A DNA stretch of 64,000 bases from Leucoraja ocellata. Taxonomy: Eukaryota. This document shows positions 50,475 through 63,345 of this stretch, piece after piece. Every line of letters begins with the position of its first letter. Positions within the stretch are counted from its first letter, which is position 1. The notes below the pieces were generated by a model that saw only the letters and a list, made by a program, of their open reading frames with translations, did not search any database and was not told the origin of the DNA. Location of the stretch: assembly GCA_036785375.1 (NCBI GenBank), contig JAWMAR010000558.1, positions 806,001 through 870,000 on the forward strand, given 5' to 3'. Made by a program: the position numbers and the translations under genes.

Positions 50475-52017
50475 TGGGGCTTTCTCACGGGGCGACTTGA
50501 CGCAAGATGTAACCAGAGTGAAGTGGTCGTGGTCTAGCACGATATCACACGATATAACGGGGGGGGGGGGTAGATAAAGAGTTCCCACGGGTACTCGGCA
50601 TTTCTGTTATTTGTGCGAGTGACTTGTCCGTCTCCCGAGCTTTCCCCGTTAAATCTTGAATGATTATTGTGAACTGTGAAGTGTTGTTAAATCATCACAT
50701 GGCACAAATTATGTCACTTTTTTTTTCACACACAATAAATATCCTCCCTTGGTTGAATTGGCTCATTTGGAGACATGCCTGTACTAAGTAGTTTAGAGTA
50801 CAGGATGGTGGTGTTTTTCATTGACGTGCTGTATGCAGCAGCCCTCTATGTGAATCGAGGACGCTTGCGTGAAGGCAGAAGGGTGAGATTAATTAAAAAG
50901 AGAATTAAGAGGAAGTCTCACTGGGTGAAGCCCATCTTTCAACGGAGACCTCTATTTGGACAATATGATTCATGATTCCAACTTCAAACACAGAGGGTGT
51001 AAAAGCTGTCTGCGACTTTTTTACTTTACAGCTGCAGGTCACAGACACACTTATAAGAGAAGTTTAAGTTAACTGCAAAAACAGCACTTTTACATCAATA
51101 GCAATGTATGTTTTTGAATCATGGATAACATTAAATGGTTTTCCTGTTGATGTACTAATATATCGTTAAATATACTCACATGAGCACCCGGGATACTCCG
51201 CAGCCTTCGTCTCCAGCAGGTTCCGTTTTTTTCTCCCTGGTTCTGTAATCCTCTCTGGATTTATCGTAAGGAATTTTGTTGAATTGGTACCATTCTACAA
51301 GTTCCCCCTCTTGTTCCCTGGTGAAGTTATATGGCCTTACCTTCTGCCATCTTCCCTTTATATACGCGTCTGTTGAGGCTATTGCTACAACGGCTACTGG
51401 GGAGGCAATCTGAAATCCACCTTGCTCACCCTCACCCTGCTCCAAGGAGCCCACAGGCAGTGTTATCTGTGGCATCTCCTGTTGCCTCTCCACCTGTCTC
51501 TCTTGCTGCGTCTCCTCCTCATTCTCCTGCATGGCAAAAATCTTTCTGACATGCTTTACCCCCTTTCATTGAGCTTTTCTGGGAGCCATCTCTGCAAGTG
51601 TTCCAGTGAAAAAGATTCTCCAACAATGACAATGAGGTGGGACATCCTCGATGGACACATGTTCCATTGGCGATATTGAGACCACCTTTTTTATTCACCT
51701 TCTGTCCCCTCTGTCCAGCTTCCGGGTACACCGTTCGCAGGAGTTCCCACGGTTAACGCAAGAGTTATTACGGATATCGCACTGGCCACTACGTCCATAT
51801 AATGTTTCAATGTTCAACCACAAGTGTACAAGTCACTCTTGGAGAAATTCAAGCTTGCTTGAATTTTCTCCCGAGTCAACAAGTTACACGAGTACCTGCC
51901 GTTAGCGCCACGGTGGTCCACGGTGGTCCAAGAATGCCGTACGGTTATCGCACGAGGTTCCCACGATGTTCAATTCTGGTTACCTCTTGCGTCAAGTCGC
52001 CCCGTGAGAAAGCCCCA
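50475..52017. mobile_element. Internally deleted PIF/Harbinger transposon with remnants of both genes
   Basis: ~42-bp TIR tggggctttctcacggggcgacttgacgcaaga; TTA TSD; transposase N-terminus-like ORF (+, 50775-50975) and MADF/Myb-like ORF (-, 51176-51532). Confidence 0.88.
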
Positions 52018-53119
52018 TTACCACCAGGTTTAGCTCGATGGCAAGTTTAAAGGACTCACCTCCCACATGGCAAAGGCGCCTGAACTTGGCTTTAGTAGAG
52101 AAGTATTTTTGTGGAGTTGTGTTGTCTCTGTTGAACCATGGTGCTCTGCTGCCCTGGTGGATCATTGTTCCTCAGTGGCAGTACAGTGGGCTCAAAGCAA
52201 GATCAGGCAACATTCTACCTTCTCAGCTACCAGGGGGCACAGTGCAGGACAAGACATATTCCCATCCTCTCAGCTCATGAGGGCTTAGTCTGGGTCTGGG
52301 CAAACTCCCACCCTCCCAACTCAGGTTAAACCCTAAAAGTGAGTGTGTGGTCAACCTGGTAAAGAAATTAGACACTCCAACACCCATTTGTTCAAAAAAT
52401 GAAATAAAGTGCTGGAATAACTCCGCAGGTCAGGCAGCATCTCTGGATAACATGGATAGGTAACATTTTGGGTTGGAGCCCAGTCTGAAGAAGGGTCACA
52501 ACCTGAAATGTCATGTGTCCATGTTCTCATTGCATGCCGCCTGACCTGCTGAGTTACTCCAGCACTTTGTGTCTTTTTTTATATGTAAACCAGCATCTGC
52601 AATTTCTTGTTTTCCACATTTCGTCAAAATGCTATCCTGAAATATCAGTTACTGAGATCGATGGTGAACGGGGAAAAAATATCAAGGTACCCTTGTGAAA
52701 AAGTGGTGCCCATCAGTAGAAGGAGGCCACAATGTTGTCAGCAGCAAGCTATGGCACGGAGCGGGGGTTGGCGCCTAATATCCTCTTACTGCCAGTGAAC
52801 AATACTGCCAGCATCATCGTTGTGCGTATGTAACTAGTTCATCATTTGTCGTCAGGCACGGGCACTGTTACAGATTTGTGCCTCTAATGCCAGTGTTTCA
52901 GATTCCCTGTTCATTCCTTCCCTCTCCCTCTTTCTACATTTATTTCTCTTCCCCTCCCCCACAAAACATAGATAGCGAGCATCGGATTATCTGAACTTGC
53001 CTTAAGCACACTGCACTGGCACTCTGTGCTTCAAAAGGGGCAAAAGTGGAAAACTAGGATAAACAATAAAAACGACAAAAGGATAAACAAATGGAACGAA
53101 GCAAACAGATCTCACCCTT

Positions 53120-53498
<379 letters not shown>

Positions 53499-56185
53499 AG
53501 AGGCTTTGTAGCCTGAACTGATGAGTACACAGCATTTGGATTGCGTACTCCACCTAGTTCTCTGCTACGTACACGACGCACGCTCTCCTTACCACAGAGG
53601 AATAGGCATTTGAAACAGACACTACTGGGTTCCTGATCAAGTTTGTGTGGTCATGGAGAGATGTCCAGAATCTGACCTGTAGCCTTATCTGTGAAGTTTT
53701 TGTTTCTGCATAAACTGGATGTGCGTTTCCTTCCCAGAAAGAGTGACATGTTTTCTTAAGGATGCAGGGAGTGAAGTTTTATCAAAACGGAACTGTTTTT
53801 TAATGCCACAATCGTGAAGGGAGAATTATGAGCTGCTATGCAAAATTTGATATATACGAATGGTTCACACTTCAAACAAAATCTAACCATTAAATTGAAA
53901 TTTTAATTGTTATATAAAATAATTGCCACTACTTCTGCACATGAATGCACAAACATCCTGTACAAGACCCCTTAATGAATTTTGATATGGAGAATGAAGC
54001 TTTATAATAATTATGTCTGATGTAGGAATGTGTTTCTAGCGTAAAAAAACATATATCTGATTCCGGAAGACTCATTCAGAGGGCTTTTGAACATGGTAAG
54101 TCAACAGTGTCGAAATTATCTTTTTACTAATTTAATAAAGTGAGATATATGAGCTAAAATATTATGTCCCCAATAGTTAAACATGATCCGGTTATCTCTT
54201 GCTTGCTGATTACTGATTTCTGGTTTTGGTGCTCATTTTTTAGTACTACTGACTGAAATCGGTGCATGATCACCACATTGGAATCTCAATGGCACCAATA
54301 GATATGAATGCAGTCATTTTCTGGTTGAACAAAAGTAAATAGTCAGCAAGTGATTAGTTTTCTTATTCTGTGTACTGAAAGCAAGAGATAAACAGGTTTG
54401 ATTGTATATATACTTATTATATCCATGGACAAAATTGTACACATGACTGGTTGAAGGACTGTCACGTGAATAAATTGCCTTCATTGTTTCCCCTTAACTT
54501 ATATCAGCAGCAAATCTATTGCAGTAAATACTGTAACATGACAAAAGAGAGTTTATTGTACAGTTGTCACAAAGTGCACGTTTCAGCAGTATAAAAAAAA
54601 AATAATCTGCTTTAAAAGTGAACTTGAGGCCAAGGGTATAATAAGACAAATATGCTGAGCGTAAATTGAGCTGGAGCATAACTCTGGACTTTTCTTTATG
54701 GTCAGCTGGCTGTCTGGTGTATGTGAAAACCTATCAGCATGCTTAAAACTTCCCAATTCAAACCACACAAGTCCACATAACTAGCTGTGTGCCTGAAACA
54801 CAGAGCACATTCTCTCACCAGAGTGGAGACACTGCATTTACCTACAGAGTTTAAGCGCTATGGCCACAGTTTTGTGGCTTCCAAACCTGTGTCGGAGCAG
54901 TGCTGGCCTTTGACTGGGTAAGACTACGCAGCTTACCATCAGAGTATTGGCGAGCGTCTTGCTGCTCATCAAATTTGAACTATCTACCTGGTTGTAGTAT
55001 TATCCGCAGGATCATCCAGCGACAGGTGTGAAGCATCCTAATGCCTGTGGCAGCTCTACCCCTCTGAGTTCCATTAGAGAGCCAAGAGCAATGATGAATC
55101 ATTTACAGCATTTTATGGTACTATAGGCAACTGGCTCAGGAGTTGCGCACTGAATATGTCCCAAAGGATTGACACTAAGTTATACATTAACTTGGAGTCA
55201 AAATAGATCCCATTAAGATGCTTCCCAGGCCCAGGAGAGTTCCTGGTTGGTCATTATGACAGCTGATTTGTGCGGATTTGAGTCGCTGCTCACAGACCAC
55301 TTCCAACAGGATTCATATTGACTGGCACAGTGAAGTGTCCAAATAGGAGATCTGTGTTTCTCACAGCTACCATTTGCAGTTAATAGGTGTGTGTCATAAC
55401 TTAGATTCTGATCGTGTCCAAAGGCCCCACTGATGCTTAGATATGCACTGTCCCAAGCCAGATTTGTATTCTGTCAAGGTTGCACAATCTCATGTTCATC
55501 AATGTCAAAGGAGCATGCTTAGTGCACTGATAAACCAGTCCTAATAAGCTTTTAGTTAACATTGTGAAGAAATGCTGTTTTCTGGTATTCTGAATGGTAA
55601 CACTGGCTGTTAATGTATTTCCCTGCCTCCTTAATTCAACTTATAACCAGGTTTATTTTTGAAGACAGTTCATCATATGGAAGGAGGACTGAATACTGTA
55701 TATAATGTATACACAAGTTCTCTGTAGAAATATTATTCTTAATCTAGCAGGAAACAAATTAAAGTATTGGGCTGTTGGAGGTGAGCGTGTATATCTGTGA
55801 CTGTCTGTGAATACTGACTGTGTGCAGTTTATTAGGTTTAAACCATGCAGTACATTTTTGTCTTAATGATAAAGTAGTTCTTTCCTGTAAGGAAACATTT
55901 TTATTTCCTGCTAATATCAAAGACCCACAAAGTAATATAGTTATTTAATGTTTCTGTTCTTTTATACAGCAGCAAAAAGGGTAAATTTATGGAAAGGTTG
56001 TGCCTCTAAAGGCATTCTCCAAATCATATTAGTGCACAAATGCTTTAAGTAAGACTTGAACTGCCAGGACAACCTGTAAATGGACAGAAGGTTTCTTGTA
56101 CCCTTATACTGCATGAATCAATTTTTAATAAAATGTTGCAAATCTGTTTTTATGAATAAAACACAAAGTACTGAATATTCCTTGT
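53499..56185 (+). other. GABBR2: Putative GABBR2 3'UTR
   Basis: Follows the stop codon, has no recognisable TEs and ends at tandem AATAAA; the end point is inferred. Confidence 0.6.
56127..56160 (+). terminator. Tandem AATAAA polyadenylation signals (56127-56132, 56155-56160)
   Basis: Upstream TGTA words and downstream T/GT-rich sequence; proximal alternatives at 54134 and 54469. Confidence 0.6.
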
Positions 56186-57727
56186 ATTCTTCATTCCTGT
56201 GCATTAACATTACTCTGACAGATTTGAGACAGGTATGTGGTATTTTTCAAGGCATCCCCTGTTGTATACCTGCCACCAACAGTTACAACAGAGGTTATTT
56301 TGACACTTAATGAAAAATTCACCGACAAAAACAGTTTAATTATTTCTATTAACTGATTAGTTTCAAATATATGAATACCTGTCTTTAACATGTGCAATAT
56401 ATCACTTTATCATCTTACCCAAGTTAAAATGTTTACTCGACTTAATAAAATCATTTTCGGTGTAGAGATTACCTGTGCCTGAAGGTCAGATAAGCTCCTG
56501 CTCTGTCAGAATCGGCTGTGTCTAATTTCCATCCAGCAGGTGAGGCTCATAGAGCCTGCTGACAAAGACTATTGCAAGCCGTGGCCAAGTAATTTGCGAC
56601 TGATTGGAGTGATATAAAGTTGGAGTGACATGAGAGGATTTGAATGGGGAATGAGTGGAAAGAAGCAGCAGCCCATGCCCTTTGAACATGCCTTGAAAGA
56701 GGCACATGTGCAGGGGCTTGGTAAGTTACTTATCAACCCAAAGATGTGTGCCATGGTTTTGTTTCCACTACTATGCTGACACATCAGTGAAAATGTAAGG
56801 CTTTTACTATTATTATTGGACTTACCATGGTCTGGCTGTCCAAAACCACAAGATGGTAAGTTTATGAGTGGTGTATCTTGCTTTGAGAAGGGGTTGATGT
56901 CAGAGGGTTGGTTGAGATAGCTGAATAGGTGGTATTAACCTCCTAGCAAACAAGTTCGTGAGCTTCTTGCCCCTGCTCATGGGGCTGAAAATTAATAGAC
57001 AGTGAAGAGGACAAACAATCTTTGTTGATGTAGAAAATGTGCAAGTGAATGAATTCACTTCAAATGACAAAACTAGAAAATGAAGCCTTCATCTGTGACT
57101 AGTTGGATGCATTGCTAGTGTTTACTATATCGTTCCTAATAGTCTTTTTTAACTGAGTAGAAGTTGCTTCCTCCTCTTTTTACCTTTTCCTTCCAGTATT
57201 AATTCTTGGCTTGGTACTGGTTGACCTGTGCTCACCTAAGAAAGAACACCACCGTGTTGGGGATGAACCCTTCCTCCACTACCATTTCTCCACTCAACGT
57301 AGTGCTGCTCATACGTTCCAGCAGTTCAAGGCATTCATAGCAAGCATGTGGCTGCAAGCGGCCATTGGCTTGTACTTTCCCACCTTCACTTGGTCACTGA
57401 GCCAGACAGCTGACGGCAAAGTGAGGCAATTCCCCAGCGGTCTTACTGGGGATTTAACTGATTTAAATGGAAGAGGACGGCTGAGGTAAGTGCGGGTATT
57501 TTAATATATTTCATTGCTTGGCTTTACTTATGTGTTTTAATTTTTTTTGTCATTTTGCACGTATCTTGATAATTGAACTTTCATAGTTTTGGAATGTTTT
57601 TCATTGCTTTTGAGAACCGAACATGCTTGTTCTGAAAATTGTATTTCACGGCCTCACCCCGCTGCCTTCTTGACTTGACTTGCTCGGGAATTGGTGCATC
57701 GCAGCAAGTTTTCAATAGGTGGTCAGA

Positions 57728-59570
57728 GGACAATAAACAATAGGTGCAGCCCTTCGAGCCAGCACCACCATTCAATGTGATCATCCCTAATCAATACTCC
57801 GTTCCTGCCTTCTCCCCATATCCCCTGACTCCGCTATTTTTAAGAGCCCTATCTAGCTCTCTCTTGAAAGCATCCAGAGAACCTGCCTCCACCGCCCTCT
57901 GAGGCAGAGAATTCCACAGGCTCACCACTCTCTGTGAGGAAAAGTGTTTTCTCATCTCCATTCTAAATGGCTTACCCCTTATTCTTAAACTGTGGCCCCT
58001 GGTTCTGGACTCCCCCAACATCGGGAACATGTTTCCTGCCTCTAGTGTGTCCAAGCCCTTAACAATCTTATATGTTTCAATGAGATTCCCTCTCATCCCT
58101 CTAAACTCCAGAGTGTACAAGCCCAGCTGCTCCATTCTCTCCGTATACGACAGTCCCGCCAACCCGGGCATTAACCTTGTAAACCTACGCTGCACTCCCT
58201 CAATAGCAAGAATGTCCTTCCCCAAATTAGGGGACCAAAACTGCACACAATACTCCAGGTGTGGTCTCACTAGGGCTCTGTACAACTGCAGAAGGACCTA
58301 TTTGCTCCTATATTCGATTCCTCTTGTTATGAAGGCCAACATGTCATTCGCTTTCTTTACTGCCTGCTGTACCTGCATGCTTAGTTTCATAGACTGATGA
58401 ACAAGGACCCCCAGATCCCGTTGTACGCCCCGCCCCCTTTTCCCAACTTGACGCCATTTAGATAGTAATCTGCCTTCCTGTTTTTGCTACCAAAGTGCTA
58501 CCTCACATTTATCCATATTACACTTCATCTGCCATGCATCTGCCCACTCCCCCAACCTGTCCAAGTTACCCTGCATTCTCATAGCATCCTCACAGTTCAC
58601 ACTGCCACCCAGCTTTGCAATCTGCAAATTTGCTAATGTTACTTTGAATCCCTTCATCCAAATCATTGATGTATATTGTAAACAGCTGCGGTCCCAGCAC
58701 CGAGCCTTGCGGTACCCCACTAGTCACTGCCTGCCATTCTGAAAGGGACCTGTTTATCCCTACTCTTTGTTTCCTGTCTGCCAATCAATTTTCTATCCAT
58801 GTCAGCACTCTACCCCCAATACCATGTGCCCTAATTTTGCCCACTAATCTCCTATGTGGGACCTTATCAAATGCTTTCTGAATGTCCAGGTACACTACAT
58901 CCACTGGCTCTCCCTTGACCATTTTCCTAGTTACATCTTAAAAAATTTCCAGAACAGTAGTCAAGCATGATTTCCCCTTCGTAAATCTATGCTGACTCGG
59001 ACCGATCCTGTTACTGCTATCCAAATGTGCGGCTATCTCATCTTTTATAATTGACTCCAGCATCTTCTCCACCACCGATGTCAGGCTAACTGGTCTATAA
59101 CTCCCCGTTTTCTCCCTCACGTCTTTCTTAAAAAGTGGGATAACATTAGCTACCCTCCAACCCACAGGAGCTGATCCTGAGTGGAAAATTATCACCAATG
59201 CATCCACGATTTCTAGAGCCACTTCCTTAAGTACCCTGGGATGCAGACCATCAGGCCCTGGGGATTTATCAGCCTTCAGTCCCATCAGCATTTCCTGCCT
59301 AATGTGGATTTCCTTCAGTTCCTTCGTCACCTCAGATCCTCTGGCCACTAATAAATCAGGAAGATTATCTCCTTAGTGAAGACAGATCCAAAGTACCTAT
59401 TCAACTCATCTGCCATTTCCTAATAAATTCACCTTTTTCAGTCTTCAAGGGTCCAACTTTGGTCTTAAGAAGCTTTTACTATCCTGCTTTATATTCTTGG
59501 CTAGCTTACCTTCTCACCTCATCTTTTCTCCCCGTATTGTCTTTTTGGTTATCTTCTGTTGTTCTTTAAA
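57728..59570 (-). mobile_element. 5'-truncated decayed CR1 LINE
   Basis: Minus-strand ORFs: GPDGLHPRVLKE...[39 protein letters not shown]. Confidence 0.93.
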
Positions 59571-59667
59571 TCTGACAAAGATATTTGTGACATTTTCTCA
59601 TAAACCAGTGGGAAATGTGGACTACAATTGCTGAGCCCTGATCTCTACCAAACTTTGATCACACTAG

Positions 59668-60015
59668 GAGGTAGACAAAAGTGCTGGATAAACTCAGCGG
59701 GTGCGGCAGCATCTATGGAGCGAAGGAAATAGACAACGTTTCAGGCCAAAACCCTTCTTCAGACTGATGTAGGGTGGAGGGGGGGGGGGGGGGCAGGAAG
59801 AAAGAGGAGGAGCCAGAGGGCTGAGAAGGGGAGGAGACAGTGAGGGCTACCTAAAATTGTAGGTCAATGTTCATGCCGCTGGGGTAAACTGCCCAAGCGA
59901 AATATGAGGTGCTGCTCCTCCAATTTCCGGTGGTCCTCACTCTGGCCATGGAGGAGGCCCAGGACAGAAAGGTCAGATTCGGAATGGGAGGGGAAATGTT
60001 GAGCCACCGGGAAAT
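59668..60015 (-). mobile_element. Penelope-like element 3' end
   Basis: RKLEEQHLIFRLGSL plus terminal region as at 27108 and 47485. Confidence 0.88.
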
Positions 60016-60169
60016 CAAAGGATACCACACCAGGAGTTGGTATTTTTGGATGTAACAGCTGGTGCAGAGCCAGGTCAATGCCCAAAGTCCATGACATCTC
60101 TGTTCAGTTTCAGAGCATTGTAACAGAAGCTGAGACAGGGTCTTTGGCCCTCTTTAATATCTAAAAATA

Positions 60170-60800
60170 TCTTGAGCTGCCTTGGATGTATTCAAGTTCC
60201 TGAAGCCTTGTTGGGATTTAGCCTTTGATTGAAGAAATTGTTTCTCATCTCTGACTTAAATGGTGAACCCTTTTTCCATTGAGCCCAGTTTTGAAGACAC
60301 TCCAGCCATTCTGTACCTAGCCTGTCAGGTTGCATAACAATTTTGCATGTTTCAATTAAGTCACTACTTGTTTGTGCAGGGAATATGGCCCAGACTGCTT
60401 ATATAACATCACCCCATTCCCAGAATTGGTGTGGTGATCTATTGCTGCGCTCCTATTACAAGACCAGACCAATACAGAATATTCCTGGTGTGGTCTCCTC
60501 AGCCCTATATAAATTAAGCAAATTATCTTTACTCTTGCACTAAAAATCAACATAACTTTTTGGCTTGCGAATTAATTGTTCTCCCTACGCATGAACTTTG
60601 AGCAACTCGTGTACACCAAGGTCTCTCTGACCACCATTTAAAAAATACTTCTATATTTTTCTACCAAAGTAGATGGACTGATATTTTTGTATTTTCTATG
60701 TAGCCTGCCCATATTCTTGTACATTCCCTGAACATGAGTTCATCTCCTCTCCCACTGCCCTGACCACCCCACACCAACTCCCCAAGCCCTCTCCGCATCC
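60170..60800 (-). mobile_element. Very old CR1 fragment
   Basis: LYIGLRRPHQEY remnant. Confidence 0.55.
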
Positions 60801-63125
60801 TTCACTGCCACCTGATTTTTGTATGGGTAGAGTTGGAAATGGAGATCCTTTGCAATTTTAAAGACCCCAACAAAAAATTGGTGCTTAGTCCCTCACTCTA
60901 TGGTCTTGCACCAAACGGTAGCATAATTCAAGGGGCAGAGTGCACATCTGCCAGAAAGGACTAGAGTGTTACTATTTCTGAGGATGAATGGGGTGGGGAT
61001 GTCTGAGATGTTTGCAAGGGAGTTGCAAAACATATTAAATACAAATTTGAAGGGTCTTGATGGAAAGGCAAGATGTGTTAGGTAATAACAAGGAGCTGCA
61101 GATGCTCATTTACCAAAGACACAAAATGCTGCATTAACTCAGCAGGTCAGGCAGCATATTTTGGTTTGGGACCCTTCTTCAGACATGTGAATAGGTATTT
61201 GGATCAGAGGCTGATGGGGTGAAGGAATATTGTCAGGGGATTAGGCTTCAGCTGAGTATGTGGTGGGTAGAAGAGAATTGAATGGAGAATTGTACTAGAC
61301 TGGGTGAGAATTGTACTGGACCTCCACCCAAGCTGTAAATTCTTTACTTTTTTACAAAAATACTCCTTTATTAGGTGTGTAGAATGATTTAGACAAGTTT
61401 GCACTGAGCTGAGCTCAGGACAATGTGTTGCCCTTTCCCATGATCTCTTGGGGTGGTTCAATTCAGAGTGTGTGCTTAGTTCCGATGTGTGAAATCCAAG
61501 TACAGATCACCATTGACTCGTGCTTGCTGTTGAGAGTTGCTACTTTCTCACAGAATTGAAATCTAAGGGAGATAGGGAGTGAAGTATAATAAGGCTTGAA
61601 AATGTCATTTGCCAGAAAATCATGTGATCAACCATTCAGGATTACTGCCAACTCAAGTTGGCATTCCTCTGCAGTATTCTGGCTGATTGGCATTTAATAC
61701 CGTAAATGCCAACTCAACAAAGTCTCTTGTTTACCTAGAGAAATTACAATCATGCCCTTAATCGCATTTGTCCCTCAAACTTAACCCTGTACTCCTATTT
61801 TGCTTGGACGTTTGGTGTAAAGAAAAACGTATCAATAGAGGTTTACTTGTGGTCTATTCTGTGCAGGCAGGAGAATCATCAAATTGACGTGTTTGATTCA
61901 TTGCCGCTTTTATTCCCCAATGTGTAAGGTGTGATTTGCTCCAGTATATCTGGCAGCACATACAATACAACCGGTATCCATGGTGATATGAAAGAGCTAT
62001 TAATATATGCTTCCAGTTAGCTTTTTTCCATTATAAAGTGCCAATAATTCCAAAATCTCGTTTAATGCCAATCTTCCTCTACAATGCCATATTAGCCTTT
62101 ATTCACAGGAACAAATTCAAAATTAAGAAACATCTAGGATAATCGTTAAAACAATCTGTTATTTAGCTGGGAGTTTAATATTTGGTATTTGTTTATGCAG
62201 ATCATTACCATCTGTTTTCATTTGGTTGTTCAGCCTGGCTGCCCATCAGAGAGACATGGGTACTGACGTCACTCCTCTGCAGGGTGTGCTGAGGCTGGGA
62301 TACAGCAACCCTCAGTATTTATAGTAGACACAAACTCAATGGAATGTTCACACATTGTTACAGAATTGATTGACTCCCGTCCTAAACAAACACATAATTT
62401 TGTATTTTCATCTTTGATTTTAATCTTTGAAATGTAGATAGTGATGGCACTTTTTATGTGGAGAATATGAAATCGGCCTCTGAGAAGGTCTATTACAAAA
62501 CAATTATTTAAAATTTGTTTAAAAACGGTGGGAGTGTGAGGATAAACGAAAATCAGCCCTCTATTCATGCACTTGTTAAACAGTAAATATTGTGCCATTA
62601 AGAAACGCGTCACTATCAGGTAACGTTATACTTTAATGTATTTAATGTTTTGATAGGGTTCCTCGAAGAAGCAGTTTCTTGGCGGTCACAAAAATGCATA
62701 ATGTCATTTAGTTTCCTGCTACCCACCATTTGTAATTTAAAGATTAAAATATTGTGTTTTTTGCCACAGGCAACTAATGTGTCAGACTTTGTAAAATTGA
62801 TATATGACAGTAGGTGGAGATGGACATGTTGAATTTCTTTGAGTATGAATTTCTTGAATTTGACTTATCTGGGCAATCATTAGCTTTCCCAGGATGTACA
62901 GCGTATTGACAGCCTGAGCGATCAGAACATTGATTCAATGCTGCTCAGCTTTTTAGTGGACTATCAAATATCTGGTACATGGGAGGCAGGTCTGGAAGGC
63001 TGGAGGCAGCAAACTGTGGCCTGTAGAGGGAAGCTGCTGAACCCTACCCCTACTCAACGCTCGATGGCCAGAGACCGGAATGGAGGACGGTGGGAGCCCA
63101 GGGATGCAAGAGAAAGGGCCGGTAA

Positions 63126-63345
63126 AGGGTCTGTCCCACTCTCACGACCTAATTCACAACCTTTTTTACTCGTGGACATTTTTCAACAGGCTAGAAAAAA
63201 CGCCCCGACCTACTTGATGCCATGAGTACCTACGAATAGCATCACGGCCTGTCTACCTACGACCTCCTACTCCCTCATTACGACCATGCTGTGAGTATGA
63301 GCCAAGGGCAAACTCGGCAAAGGTCGTGAAAGTGGGACAGGCCCT
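63126..63345. mobile_element. PIF/Harbinger-type MITE
   Basis: TIR agggtctgtcccact / agtgggacaggccct; TAA TSD at 63123-63125 and 63346-63348; homologous to 46679-46901. Confidence 0.88.
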
